Source of the DNA: Octopus vulgaris
Taxonomy: Eukaryota
Length of the DNA: 64,000 bases
Assembly: GCA_951406725.2 (NCBI GenBank)
Contig: OX597820.1
Span: 97,836,001-97,900,000 of the forward strand
Direction: 5' to 3'
This document shows positions 41,072 through 54,720 of the stretch, one piece after another; within the stretch, counting starts at the first letter, position 1, and every line of letters starts with the position of its first letter. Both the position numbers and the translations under genes were made by a program. The notes under the pieces were generated by a model. The model worked only from the letters and a program-made list of their open reading frames with translations, did no database searches and was not told where the DNA came from.

Positions 41072-41122
41072 TTTGTCAGTGAACAGGTCGCGGTCTTAAA
41101 GCGACGAAAATATTTTGACAAA
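41072..41122 (+). ncRNA. Hammerhead-like motif with swapped G3-C8 core
   Basis: tttgtca GTGAACA g gtcgc-ggtcttaaa-gcgac GAAA ata TTT tgacaaa. 7-bp stem I, 5-bp stem II and palindromic stem III aatatt. Confidence 0.6.
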
Positions 41123-41257
41123 CTAAACTTAAATGTTGAAGTGAATCGAACGGCTTTTGTGTGTTTCTTAAATGGCTTACAAACACCTTCCACGCTGCAA
41201 TTGTTTTCGTTTCAGCACACGATCTCAGATCAAATCACTTGCTATGCAAGTACATCT

Positions 41258-41335
<78 letters not shown>

Positions 41336-42744
41336 GTATATATGTATGTATATATGTATGTATGTATATGTATATGTATACACTCCTCACCCCACAAGTC
41401 CGAGCCGCAAAGTAGCGCGACTAGTCAAAGTTCATTGACTGGAGTACTGGAGTATAATAGGAGAACTATCGCTTGTCAGTCCGTTGCGCATTCCCCATCC
41501 AGTGTTCAATGCTGAAGAGGAGATAACTACTCCGAAATGTATGCATTCATCAGTATGAGTAGGAGACGCTTCTAACTGGCTTGGTGTGTTTACACCTATT
41601 TCTTTACAGGCAGAAATTCACTTCTACGACAAAATACAGCGAATGACTTTGTTACGGGTTCGAATATACCTCAAGTATACTTGAACTAGTAACAAGGTTT
41701 ATATTAGTACACAATATTGCTTAGCACATCTGTTCCGTATATACATACATACATACATACATACATACATACATACATACATACATACATACATACATAC
41801 ATACATACATACATACATACGCACATACAAACTCACAGATATACATGTGTGAGTACACGGTGGTATGTCTGTATGTTTTCCTGCTATTGACAATATCTCC
41901 TCTCAATGTTTCTCAAATCTGTTGGCGTTGCTTTTATTCCATCCTGGTTATGATTTTAGTTCCCTTCCACTATAGTTTGTTACCATTTCTCTTTCCTTTG
42001 TTACCTACCCTACCTCGTCTAACTTTCTTCTCCTAATTTATTTATCCGTCAACACCAGTTGATATTTCCCCTCTTGCACACACATACAGAGTCTCTCTCA
42101 TACACACACTCACACACACATACCCAAACGGTTTCTACCACAAATGTTCGGCTAGACATAAATTTTACCCCTCTGTTTCAACTATTTGTATAACTTAAAA
42201 TACAACAATGTAATACAGAAAACATACACACACACACACAAACACACATGCACTCACACATGTATGTATATTCCGACTAATTTTCGTTTTCTTTTATTAC
42301 ACGTTCTATACAGAACAATTTAACATTAAACATTTTTTTACGAGAGTAGTTGTTTGTTAAGCTTTTGAATAGTCTAAGCCTTCATTGAATAGTCTTATGA
42401 AGGAAAACAGGCCTAAAATTCGAGGCCTTTGTAAAAGATCAACACACTCAGACAAACACACATAAACACACATTTATTTATATATATGTATATAGCAGAA
42501 TTAGGAATAGAAAGTCGTTGATAGAGTATTATATATTTCAAAAAATGAATAGAAATGGCTTTTATGATAATTTCTTTACTTTAATAATTAGATAACTAAT
42601 AATTCATAAACATTTAACGAGTAAAGTGAAAGAATTATCTGGAAAGCCGTAAATACACACACGTATATACACACGCACGTACACGCACACACACGCACGC
42701 ATACACACACACACACACACACACGCGCACGCATATTCATATAT

Positions 42745-42976
42745 ATATTTCTTTACTACCCACAAGGGGCTAAACACAGAGGGGACAAACAAGGACAGAC
42801 AAAGGAATTAAGTCGATTATATCGACCCTAGTGCATAACTGGTACTTATTTAATCGACCCCGAAAGGATGAAAGGCAAAGTCGACCTCGGCGGAATTTGA
42901 ACCCAGAACGTAGCGGCAGACGAAATACCGCTAAGCATTTCGCCCGGCGTGCTAACGTTTCTGCCAGCTCGCCGCC
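42745..42976 (-). mobile_element. SINE family A, full length
   Basis: Family A reverse complement, flanked by the direct repeat tattcatatata. Confidence 0.9.
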
Positions 42977-43172
42977 CTATATTCATATATAGGTAGGCTG
43001 ATGCAAACTGAAGTAGAACTCGATAATGTCACTTATATTTTTATTTTATTTCCGCACCTATTTCTAAGTCTTGTCAACTGTTGTATATTAAATTTTTTGA
43101 TTAGTAAATGTAAGCAACAAGCATTTAAATCTGAGAATCTCTGTATTTAATTGTCTTGTCCTTATATATACA

Positions 43173-43426
43173 TATCACGTGTTCACGTGACCGACCAGAC
43201 CATCAGATGTTGTTACACATCGCTGGTCACAATGCGTTCGCATTGTTTTAGCCTTCGAACGACGCCACCCCGCTGGCTAAGCGAGCAGGCCAACAGAAGA
43301 AAGAGTGGGAGAAAGAGTGGTGAAAGAGTACAGCAGGGATCACCACCCCCTGCCGGAGCCTCGTGGAGCTTTTAGGTGTTTTCGCTCAATCGAAACCGCT
43401 GCCCTAACCACTAGGCCATTGCGCCT

Positions 43427-43428
<2 letters not shown>
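43173..43428 (-). mobile_element. SINE family C, tail type 2 (internal deletions)
   Basis: Matches 15835-16128. Confidence 0.85.
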
Positions 43429-43522
<94 letters not shown>

Positions 43523-43543
43523 GTAGATGCAAACACACAAACA

Positions 43544-43607
<64 letters not shown>

Positions 43608-43624
43608 CATATATATGTGTGACC

Positions 43625-43822
43625 GCGTGTGTGTCGTTGGCGATTTTCTTTCTCCGTCTTCCCTTCTCTGGACTTTGACTATATTTCTGATGAAGAGCTC
43701 CGCTCAGAAAGTGAAAACCTCTTTCTTTTCTTTCCTTTTCCTGAGCGTCAATAACACAGAACTTGTTCCACGTCCTCGCCTTGTTGTTTTTTCTTGCTTG
43801 TTCATGTTTGCATGTTTTGACT

Positions 43823-43825
<3 letters not shown>
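43625..43825 (+). mobile_element. HHR-bearing ~190-bp element (decayed motif at 43684-43718)
   Basis: ttt CTGATGA a gagc-tcc-gctc a gaaagtg aaaac; homologous to 28478 and 58575. Confidence 0.6.
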
Positions 43826-43864
<39 letters not shown>

Positions 43865-43867
43865 TTT

Positions 43868-44095
43868 ATTTTTACTTTTTACTTGTTTCAGTCATGTGAC
43901 TGTGGCCATGCTGGAGCACCGCCTTTAGTCGAGCAAATCGACCCCAGGACTTATTCTTTGTAAGCCTAGTACTTATTCTATCGGTCTCTTTTGCCTAACC
44001 GCTAAGTTACGGGGACGTAAACACACCAGCATCGGTTGTCAAGCGATTTTGGGGGGACAGACGCAGACACACGAACACACACACACACACATATA
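43868..44095 (-). mobile_element. SINE family B, 3' half
   Basis: Matches 39830-40040. Confidence 0.85.
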
Positions 44096-44752
44096 AACTT
44101 TGATATATATTTATCTTCCTTATACATGTGTGTGTGTGTGTATGTGTGTGTTAATGTGTGTGTAGTTTATCAACCTCTCGCAACCAATCATGATACGCAG
44201 ATCTTCCCATCCTCATCAGCGACACAAACCAAACACATAACCTGCCACACATAATTAATAGAGTTAATATTCTATTAACTCAATACAAGTATATTTATAA
44301 CCACAAACGCGAATGACTCTCACAAATATATCAACTTTAGCATAAATACCTCGCATACTTTCCCAGTTATTAAAAAGTTCCCCTCAGTACAGAATAAATG
44401 TAATGTCTCTTTCTGTTTCTATTTTAGTCACAATTTTTCACAGTTTTGTACATTCTTATGGGTTCATCACAAGGTTGTTTTTAAAGGAACTTTTGGCAGT
44501 ATTTTTTGATGGAGAACTTTTGTAGAAAGAAGTTACCTGGTGAATTTTCTTTATTGATATTTCATATCTTTTAATATATTGATATATGCTTAAGTGTAGA
44601 ATTTATAACGATCACCGTATTTTATTTCCATCGGAAAATAAAGCAGTGTATACAGAAGCAAATTTCAAATATCATCATCAGCCGGTTGCGGATGGGTAGG
44701 TAGAGGCCTTCAAGTAGCATCAAATGCAGACTATGTTTGTATAACTATAATA

Positions 44753-45266
44753 CTGGGTTGTCCGGAAAGTTCGTGCCGATTTATAGTAGCTTACATTTCG
44801 ACTTATTTTAGAACATGGTTGAGTCCAAAAAATAGGATTTGACTACACCTCCCTTTAAGCTATCTTTTCGTGGAAGAAGGTTTATGTTCCCATAACCTGT
44901 GTTAATTCTGTAACCCTTTAAAATGGAAGATAAGAAAGTTCATTTTCGGCACTTGATGCTTTGGGAACCAGGCAAAAATTGCTGCAGCTCGGCTGGGATG
45001 TGCTACCCTACCCTCCATATTCACCAGATTTCCACTTATTCGGGTCTCTGCAGAATAGTCTTAATGGTAAAAATTTCAATTCCTTGGATGACGTAAAAAG
45101 ATACCTTGATAAATTTTTTGCCATGAAACCACCTCAATTCTGGGAAGAGGGTATTTTCAAGTTAAAGGAAAGATGGAGAAGCTCTGTGCAACAAAATGGT
45201 TCATATTTGATTGATTAAAAATGTAATGGCAAGTATTTATCGACACGAACTTTCCGGACAACCCAA
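44753..45266 (+). mobile_element. Internally deleted mariner element
   Basis: TA-flanked TIRs ctgggttgtccggaaagttcgtg / cacgaactttccggacaacccaa. N-terminus MEDKKVHFRHLMLW is joined to C-terminus LGWDVLPYPPYSPD.FHLFGSLQNSLNGKNF...NGSYLID*. Confidence 0.9.
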
Positions 45267-45807
45267 TACTTGTGAATTCCTATTTCACTGCGTTTAGATG
45301 CGTTCACCGTTGGTCAAAATACATCTCCTTAAATAAACGTAGCAAAATAAGGATTTACTGAACTCACCGAAAGTGTAGGACGTTCCGATGTTGCTGGTTG
45401 CAAAAATAGCTGAACCACGGTGAGGTGAGGTAGTACCTAAATGATCCTCTTGTCTGACTCGGGAGGATTCAATCACATATTTCTCACAGTTATCGGACTA
45501 CTTCGACACCACTTCTTTGCACATACACCACTCACATAAACACAAACACACACGGGCACAGATGCTACCACACACACACACACACACACACACACTGGCC
45601 ATTTTCGCATTCCTCTATCTCTCTCCGATTCCAGTCGCTTCAGCTATTTATCCACACACGAACTTGGACGTTTTTCTTCCTCCGAACCTATCCGTTTCCC
45701 CTCTCTCTGACGAAGAGCTATGCTCGAATCATTAATATACCTTCTCTTTTTCCACCTTTACTGAACGTCAAGTTAATAAATTCCAGGTGCACGTCCTTTT
45801 GTTTGTG

Positions 45808-45898
<91 letters not shown>

Positions 45899-46248
45899 GT
45901 GTGTGTGTACATGAATATTATCCATAAAATTACGAATATATGAGAAATTATCTATTACGTACTACAACAGAATTCTGTTTCTACACGCCATGCTTATATA
46001 CAACTGTATCATCAGTTAGTTTTAAGAGACTATTATATAGTATTCGATGTGGAAGCGACCGCTGTGACCGGTTCCAAAATGATCGGACATTGTAACCGAA
46101 TTGGGGAAAGCGAAAGAAAATCGCACATATATATATATACTTTTTACTTTTTCGTTTTCCATTTTTCAACCTTCCACGTTTTCTATATGCTCCCTTCTTA
46201 ACTTTTCGCGTTTCTTCTTCCATTCTCGTTCGTTATGATTTGTGGTTT

Positions 46249-46303
46249 GCGCCTGATGCTTATGTTTGAAGTGTTTCTCAACATATGAAACTAATAGTAG
46301 CAC
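46249..46303 (+). ncRNA. Decayed type-I hammerhead motif
   Basis: gcgc CTGATGC t tatgtt...aacata t GAAAC taata GTA gcac. Stems II and III are intact; A9 is mutated. Confidence 0.55.
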
Positions 46304-46331
46304 GTAAAAACATGTACTGTGTCTATTAAAT

Positions 46332-46408
<77 letters not shown>

Positions 46409-46494
46409 ACACACACACACACACACGCACGCACACACACATATATATATATGTACGTAAATATGTATGTTTTGTATGTATGCATATTCATTTA

Positions 46495-46864
46495 CTCATG
46501 ACTGTGGCCATGCTGGAGCACCGCTTTTAGTCGAGGAAATCGACCCCAGGACTTATTCTTTGTAAGTCTAGTACTCTTTTGCCGAACCGCTAAGTTTCGG
46601 GGACGTAAACACACCAGCATCGGTTGTCAAGCGATGTATATGTATTGGGGAACAAACACAACACATAAATATACATATATATATATATATATACATATAT
46701 ACGACGGGCTTCTTTCAGTTTCCGTCTACCAAATCCACTCACAAGGCTTTGGTCGGCCCGAGGCTATAGTAGAAGACACTTGCCCAAGGTGCCACGCAGT
46801 GGGACTGAACCCGGAACCATGTGGTTGGTAAGCAAGCTACTTACTACAGAGCCACTCCTGCGCC
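46495..46864 (-). mobile_element. SINE family B
   Basis: Reverse complement of family B. Confidence 0.9.
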
Positions 46865-47131
46865 TATATATATATGCTTGTCCATCAGAGCGACCATCCT
46901 TGACTTAACAATGGAAGTACTTTCCTATCCTTATCTTATTACCGTAAGAAGAAGGACATACTAGCTAATGTAGTCCAAGATACACCGTGACAGTGACATT
47001 GTAGGAACCTGTTGGAGTAGAACATAGGTGAAACGGGTCTTTACTAACTTGGGTCTTATTCACAGCCACAATAACAAACTACACACACACACTCACACAC
47101 ACATACGCACCACATACACATAAATATGCAT

Positions 47132-47168
<37 letters not shown>

Positions 47169-47292
47169 ACACATTCAATAAACATACGATTTAAATTTGA
47201 GCTACTATAATTTTCATGTTCTCGTACAATAGTCCAACGAGATGGTATAGTCTTTCAAGCTCAATCTGATATCTACCTACCTACCTACCTAC

Positions 47293-47378
<86 letters not shown>

Positions 47379-47398
47379 GTGTGTGCGTGTAACTGTCA

Positions 47399-47433
<35 letters not shown>

Positions 47434-47457
47434 TGTGTGTGTGTGTTTGGGTATATG

Positions 47458-47489
<32 letters not shown>

Positions 47490-48130
47490 CATGTGTGTGT
47501 ATATATATGTATATATATATATGTATGTATGTATGTATGCATGTATGTATGTATGTATGTATGTATGTATGTATGTATGTATGTATGTATGTTTGTATGT
47601 ATGTATGTACGCATGTATGTATGTTTGTATGTATGTATGTTTGTATGTATGTATGTATGTATGCATGTATGTATGTATGTATGTATGTATGTATGTATGT
47701 ATGTATGTATGTACGCATGTATGTATGTATTATGTTTGTATGTATGTACGTACGTATGGCTTTATACTGAAACCACCACCTGTCTGGTGGACACATACAA
47801 ATGTTTTGTATCAAACAATGCACAAAGAAAACCTCTTCGGTTGTATAAGAAAAATATCGTATAATTTACAATTGTTATTCTATGCGAGGTAGGTAAATGT
47901 ATATAAGGTCATCTGTTGTGATCGCAGCTTCCGTTTCTTCCGTCAGAGCGACCGAATGCTACAGGCATGTTTTTGTGCGTGTTCTCTCTTTCCATTAGAG
48001 ACACACATAGAAAAATCAAAATACAAAGTAAATTTTTAAAAAAACCCTAGAAATAAAAAAAAAGCGTGAAGCAAAACAAAAAGAAAATAATTATAAAACC
48101 TCAGACTTCCTTGTCCCTCATTCTCTGTTG

Positions 48131-48173
<43 letters not shown>

Positions 48174-48625
48174 GTTGCCTGCCCTCTCTCTGCAAACATT
48201 TAGCATACTTTTTCTTTCTTAATGCTATTCAGTATTTACTTTCGGACATTTTCTTTGCTTTTTATTACTGTCACTTTATTAATATATATATATATATATA
48301 TGACAGCTGAAACACGGTGAGACACGGCGATGTATTACTAAAGGAAATTAGTTCCACATAGAGAGCTCACTCAATCCGGATATACTTACAAATTGAATTT
48401 CACCGCCTTTTCGTCATGTGTTAACCGTTAGCGAAATGTCTTTTGATTCAGATTTGTTTTCTTCTTTCGTTTCTAGTTTTTTTTTTTTTTTTTTTTTTTT
48501 TGCTTTTCCCTGCATTTCTCAACGAAATTTCAGACTTCTTCGCCATACAGGATAATGTTAGTGGACTATACGACTTTTAGGGTTACACCGCTATCATTCT
48601 CATCGTCATCATCATCATCATCATC

Positions 48626-48772
48626 ATGTTCTTTTTTCCTCACTATTTTCGTTTAAAGTGAAATTCCCACGAAGGTAAGTTTTGCCTTCCATCCATCCAG
48701 TCTAGTACTTAGGTCAATATAATCGACAATGTCCTACTCTCAGATTTGGGTTCTTGCGCATCATCATCGTAT

Positions 48773-48807
<35 letters not shown>

Positions 48808-49030
48808 GATCATCGTCATCATCGTCATCATCGTCATCATCGTCATCATCATCATCATTATCATCATCATCATCATCATCATGTTCTTTTTTCCTCACTA
48901 TTTACGTTTAAAGTGAAATTCCCACGAAGGTAAGTTTTGCCTTCCATCCATCCAGTCTAGTACTTAGGTCAATATAATCGACAATGTCCTACTCTCAGAT
49001 TTGGGTTCTTGCGCATCATCATCGTATATC
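48626..49030. repeat. Tandem duplication of a ~150-bp segment bounded by (ATC)n
   Basis: 48626-48776 is nearly identical to 48881-49030. Confidence 0.9.
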
Positions 49031-49032
49031 AT

Positions 49033-49065
<33 letters not shown>

Positions 49066-49517
49066 CGTCATCATCGTCATCATCGTCATCATCGTCATCA
49101 TCATCATCATCATCATCATTGTCGTCGTCATCGTCGTCGTCATCATCATCATCGTCATCATCATCATCATCATCATCATCATCACCATCATCATTTAGTA
49201 GTCTTATTTTTATTGCGTGCTTTTATTGCTCCACTGAGCGCAATTTTGTGTGACTTAAGTATGTGCTGCGGTTTCTTTTGATGTTATTTTCGCTGTATTG
49301 AAAGTGCGCTGCAGAGGATGCGTGCATGCCTAGCAGTGGTATTTTCTCTAAGTCATATATATATATATATATATTCGTATTCCTAGTGTTTTGGATATGT
49401 ATTTATATGGATGTGTTTTGGATATTTATAAGGCTGTGTTTTTAAAAAATAAAACCTAAAGCACCTATTATAGATATATTTTATCATTATTGTTATTAAT
49501 ATGGTTATGGTTATTAA

Positions 49518-49735
49518 GGCGACGACCTGGCAGAATCGTTAGCACGCCGGGCGAAACGCGTGGTGGTATTTCGTCCGTCTTCAAGTTCTGGGTTCAAATT
49601 CCGCCAACGTCCATTTTGCCTTTTATCCTTTCAAGATAGATAAATTATGTACCAGTGAAACACTGGAGTATATGTAATCGAATAGTCCCCTCGCGCAAAA
49701 TTTCAGGCCTTGTGCCTATAGTAGAAAGAATTATT
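49518..49735 (+). mobile_element. SINE family A (aatttcaggccttgtgcc tail variant)
   Basis: Family A head and core, with the same tail as the 33846 copy. Confidence 0.85.
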
Positions 49736-49761
49736 ATTGTTGTTGTTGTTGTTGTTGTTGC

Positions 49762-50735
49762 GTGAAAGAGCAGCACACGCTATCAAAGTGACACTGGGGT
49801 AAAATATACGAAGCCCAATATACACATTATGATTACATGTCTGATAAGGGTACACAAGGCACATGTATCATAACCGTCTGTGCTTAACATGGTCACTTCA
49901 TATCAAGATAAACAGCACCTGACCTCGCAGGCGCGGCCCACTTAGCATTTTCCTCAGGTCGAGTAGCCCATCCCACTAAAAATTACAATGAGTAAGGGTT
50001 GTTTAAAGATGATGTATGAAAGACCCATGTTTCCAGGAGTGAATTATTCAAAGCCCGAAGAATCTCAACACAGGACCAAGGTGTTCCCCACCCCAACAAC
50101 TCAGAGATACATATATTTATTTCTTTATTACCCACAGGGGGCTGAACGTAGAGGGGACAGACAAGTGCAGACAAAGGGATTACGTCTATTACATCGACCC
50201 CAGTGTGTAACTGGTACTTATATAATCGACTCCGAAAGGATGAAAGGCAAAGTCGACCTCGGCAAAATTTTAACTCAGAACGTAACGGCCGATGAAATAC
50301 CTATTTCTTTACTACCCACAAGGGGCTACCCATAGAAGGGACAAAGAAGAACAGACAAACGGAGTAAGTCGATTATATCGACCCCAGTGCGTAACTGGTA
50401 CTTTATTTATCGACCCCGAAAGGATGAAAGGCAAAGTCGACCCAGGCGAAATTTGAACTCAGAACGTAACGGCAGACGAAATATCGCTAAGCATATAGCC
50501 CGGCGTGCTAACGATTCTGCCAGCTCGCCACCCTTCAGAGATACACATATTGTCGGCCACTAGGGGACATGCTCAAATGGTTATGGTCAAGCAAATGGCA
50601 AGCAAATCTGTAACATTAAGCTGAATATTTGCTGTAGCCCATCTTTTATGCCGTGGTAAAACATGTACATGTTAACACTATAAACCAATTCAGAACAAAA
50701 GCCATGTGAACCACCTCCTTGTATTGCATTAATGC
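49762..50735 (-). mobile_element. Family E repeat, near full length, interrupted by a SINE A dimer
   Basis: Reverse complement of 561-1055, flanked by (GTT)n and (ATT)n. Confidence 0.75.
50118..50532 (-). mobile_element. SINE family A dimer
   Basis: One full unit and one 5'-truncated unit in tandem, flanked by the direct repeat tcagagatacaYatatt (starts 50101 and 50535). Confidence 0.85.
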
Positions 50736-50738
50736 GGT

Positions 50739-50966
<228 letters not shown>

Positions 50967-51325
50967 CTTCTTACTGAACCTTTTTTTTTACTATAAACCC
51001 GGACGCTTTGTAACTTTTCAATGCATTTCATTTAATTGGAATCTTTTTCATATTGCTCAGGAAAAAAGAGGCTTTATAAATTTCCGCTCTTTTCTATGCT
51101 TTTCCCACGTTGTCGGCTGCAAGAAGGCAAATATATTTTTTTGAGAAGAGTGGAAGGGTGTAATATTAGGAGACAATCACGACAGCTATGGTAGCAGTAG
51201 CACAGAGACCTTCATTTCCCCTTAAAAGTTTTGCTTGGCAAAGTGCAAGAGTGGTTTTATACAGAAATTGAACCTAAGTGTAACAGTAAATATGTGTGGG
51301 ATCGCTCTCGTGCAATGACACCAAT

Positions 51326-51713
51326 GGAATGGAAGCACTCCGTCGGTTACGACGATGAGGGTTCCGGCTGATCCGAATCAACGGAACAGCCTGCTCGTGA
51401 AATTAACGTGTAAGTGGCTGAGCACTCCACAGACACGTGTACCCTTAACGTAGTTCTCGGGGATATTCAGCGTGACACAGAGAGTGACAAGGCCGGCCCT
51501 TTGAAATACAGGTACAACAGAAACAGGAAGTAAGAGTGAGAGAAAGTTGTGGTGAAAGAGTACAGCAGGGATCACCACCATCCCCTGCCGGAGCCTCGTA
51601 GAGCTTTTAGGTGTTTTCGCTCAATAAACACTCACAACACCCGGTCTGGGAATCGAAACCGCGATCCTATGACCGCGAGTCCGCTGCCCTAACCACTGGG
51701 CCATTGCGCCTCC
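51326..51713 (-). mobile_element. SINE family C, tail type 1, full length
   Basis: Intact A box (tggcccagtgg) and B-like box (gtttcgattccc). 12-bp TSD aatgacaccaat at 51314-51325 and 51714-51725. Confidence 0.9.
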
Positions 51714-52174
51714 AATGACACCAATATCAAAAACGAAACTAACGAAGACTAGAAACAGCACAATTCCGAGCGACAACCGTATGGGTGCAAACAGCAACAA
51801 TAACAACGATAGCAGCGAAAGCATATATATCGCAAGATAGAAGAGGTGACTATATACGGACTTAAACGCGGGGCTTTGCACCTTAAAGCTTGATAGAATA
51901 TGCATTCCTTCGATTTCAGGACGGTCTGATTGTAGCCCACTAGCCGCCACGAAACACGGTACGGTCCAATAATTGCCACCTAATTTTCTGCAACCAACTG
52001 GCTGCAGCTAAGTCGACAAAGATTTTTCGATTTAACTTTTTTTTATTCGTAGATCAGTGGAATCGTTACAATCTCATGTTTGTCTCAGTACTCAGTTCCC
52101 CGTTTACAAAGTGTGATATCATCTTTTCATTAAGTCCTTCTGTCGGCGAGTAAATAAGTGTTATATATATATAT

Positions 52175-52514
52175 ATCACCGTGATCACCGTGACCGACCA
52201 GGTTATCAGATGTTGCTACACATCGCTGGTCACAATGCGCTTCGCATTGTTTTAGCCTTCAAATGACGCTACCCCGCTGGCTAAGCGAGCAGGCCAACAG
52301 AAGCAAGAGTGAGAGAAAGTTGTGGTGAAAGAGTACAGCAGGGATCGCCATTACCTCCTGCCGAAGCCTTGTGGAGCTTTAGGTGTTTTCGCTCAATAAA
52401 CACTCGCAACGCCCGGTCTGGGAATCGGAACCGCGATCCTACGACCGCGATCCTACGACCGCGATCCTACGACCGCGAGTCCGCTGTCCTAACCACTGGG
52501 CCATTGCGCCTCCA
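52175..52514 (-). mobile_element. SINE family C, tail type 2
   Basis: Matches the 15835 copy. The 14-bp unit accgcgatcctacg is triplicated in the tRNA head. Confidence 0.9.
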
Positions 52515-52530
52515 CACTCACACACGCAGG

Positions 52531-52589
<59 letters not shown>

Positions 52590-53424
52590 GTACATATATA
52601 TACATACATATATATGAATATACATACATATATATATATATATACACATAAATATATGTACATATATATATGTATATATATATGTGCATGTGCGCGTATA
52701 TGCATTTATGTAAATCTAAACAAAACTGGGATGAGAAAGAACGTAAAGTGGCCAGTGACATGTAAGTAAACATACATACATGCATAGAAACAAGTTAACG
52801 TTACATTTTCTTATATACAATATGTTATATAAACAAACACACGCAGTCATGTATGTGTGTGTGTGTGTGTGTTTGTCTGTACACTTATTTTAAAGGTGAT
52901 CCTGTACACTAGAACATCATAAGCATGGTCTATGTCACAGGGTGTGTATAAAGACAAATCGAACCGCGCTCTAAGTGATATCAGTGGACTACTAGACACT
53001 ACATTTATTCTGTATATCTGTGGTAATTTCATTGAATCAAACCGGGTAGCGATTGCTGAACCGTTGTCAAATCGCGAGAAAACGGTTTTCCCGCTAGTAA
53101 CTGTTAATACGCTTTCAAGACTGCAAGTAATTTCGGTTGCTTGACGCAGGACAAACTTTTATTTTAATGAAAGAATATCAAAAACTTATTAATGCTATTT
53201 TGTTCAATGGTAGATTGTCAAGAAGTGATTAAATGAGAAAGGCGTCAACGCATTCAAGCATCATTAAAGAATAATGTTTACATGGTACAACTCAGATGGT
53301 CTGAATAGATACTATCGTTTGAATTCCCTTATGGTTTCCTTCAGGCACCAGACACGGACTGGGAGCTTGTCGATGCACACACACACATACACATGAGTAC
53401 ACATTCAAGGATATATGAGTGTAT

Positions 53425-53456
<32 letters not shown>

Positions 53457-53459
53457 ATA

Positions 53460-53492
<33 letters not shown>

Positions 53493-54052
53493 CTCTACTT
53501 AAAACACTATATTTTATATTTTAATTCATATTTCATTGGGCTATAAATGGATGGCTGTGTATGGATATGTATTTATATACATGTACATAAACCACAAACA
53601 TGGAATATATATTTCTCGCTTCTAGTTTTCTTTCTATTTCATTCACATTCAGTCCTGACACTTTGACCATTTATATATATTATATATATATAAATATGTG
53701 TATGTGTGTGTCTGTGTATGTATGAGTGCGTGCGTGTGTGTGTGTGACAACGACAATGAAAATAACTAATAGGCAATAGGATCCGAATAATGGCTAAGCA
53801 AGTTCTATGTGTGTTACAACTAATGTAGCAAGTATTGTTGTAGATATGAAACGATCGTAGTATGTGTTTTGTCTATTTCATTCCTTATATTTTCGGGTTT
53901 TTATCCGCATTTTTAGCAAGTTTCCTAAATCCAAGACCCGCTTTCAGCTTATTCCCTTATACCTGTCGAAAATTGTCTCGCCTTTAAAATTACTTTGATG
54001 TTCGGCGTTGCTGCAGAGACTCGATGGTCTGTTAAAAGAAATATGCCAAATT

Positions 54053-54132
<80 letters not shown>

Positions 54133-54134
<2 letters not shown>

Positions 54135-54720
54135 AGAGATAATGGTGTCATTGAGACCCAAAGGTGCCAAGTAATGCTGAATAAGTGCTATAGACAGAGC
54201 ATAGTTAAGTTCTAGATTCGGTAATATTGCGAATAAAGGGTTCAACGTTGGTTCTATGTCAGCGTGTGTATATAGAGTTTTTAAGCAATGTAAGATTCTC
54301 TTAAACTTGGTCATTCCCAGTAGGGAATTTATATAGAGTGTAGCAGAGTCAAGGTTTGTAAATACAAACCTTGACTCTGCTACACTCTATGGATGGACTC
54401 ATATTAAACTCTGTTGGACTTTTGGATTTTACTCAAAGGATATTGGAATATTACATATATACCATTAGGCCTATAAAATGGATTTACAAATTCAATACCC
54501 ATACATATCTTACATCTATTTCCTTTCCTCCACCTCACTCTCTATTCGTATTATATCGAAACTAACTATGACTTAATTTTTCCTCTCACACCGTCTCCGA
54601 TGAAGGGATATTAGAGATATTATTAATTAATATCCTAGAAACAGCTGTAAGACCTTCTATCTATAAATGTTCTAATATCTATACAGCCTTGGTTTTTTTT
54701 ATTCTTTTACGCAAAAGGTT

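Noticed and set aside
47760-47895. DTYKCFVSN resembling an Ig-domain YxC motif
   Set aside because: It lacks the DxGxYxC spacing and the upstream Cys/Trp, and it abuts (GTAT)n with no acceptor site.
51630-51713. tRNA genes at SINE heads (also 18238, 31544-31625, 35300)
   Set aside because: The A/B boxes continue into SINE bodies and no complete acceptor stem forms; these are tRNA-derived heads, not tRNA genes.
53848-53859. GAAAC-gatc-GTA half-hammerhead; similar eroded motif at 30300-30348 (minus)
   Set aside because: No recognisable CUGANGA core or stem I partner, so too decayed to call.
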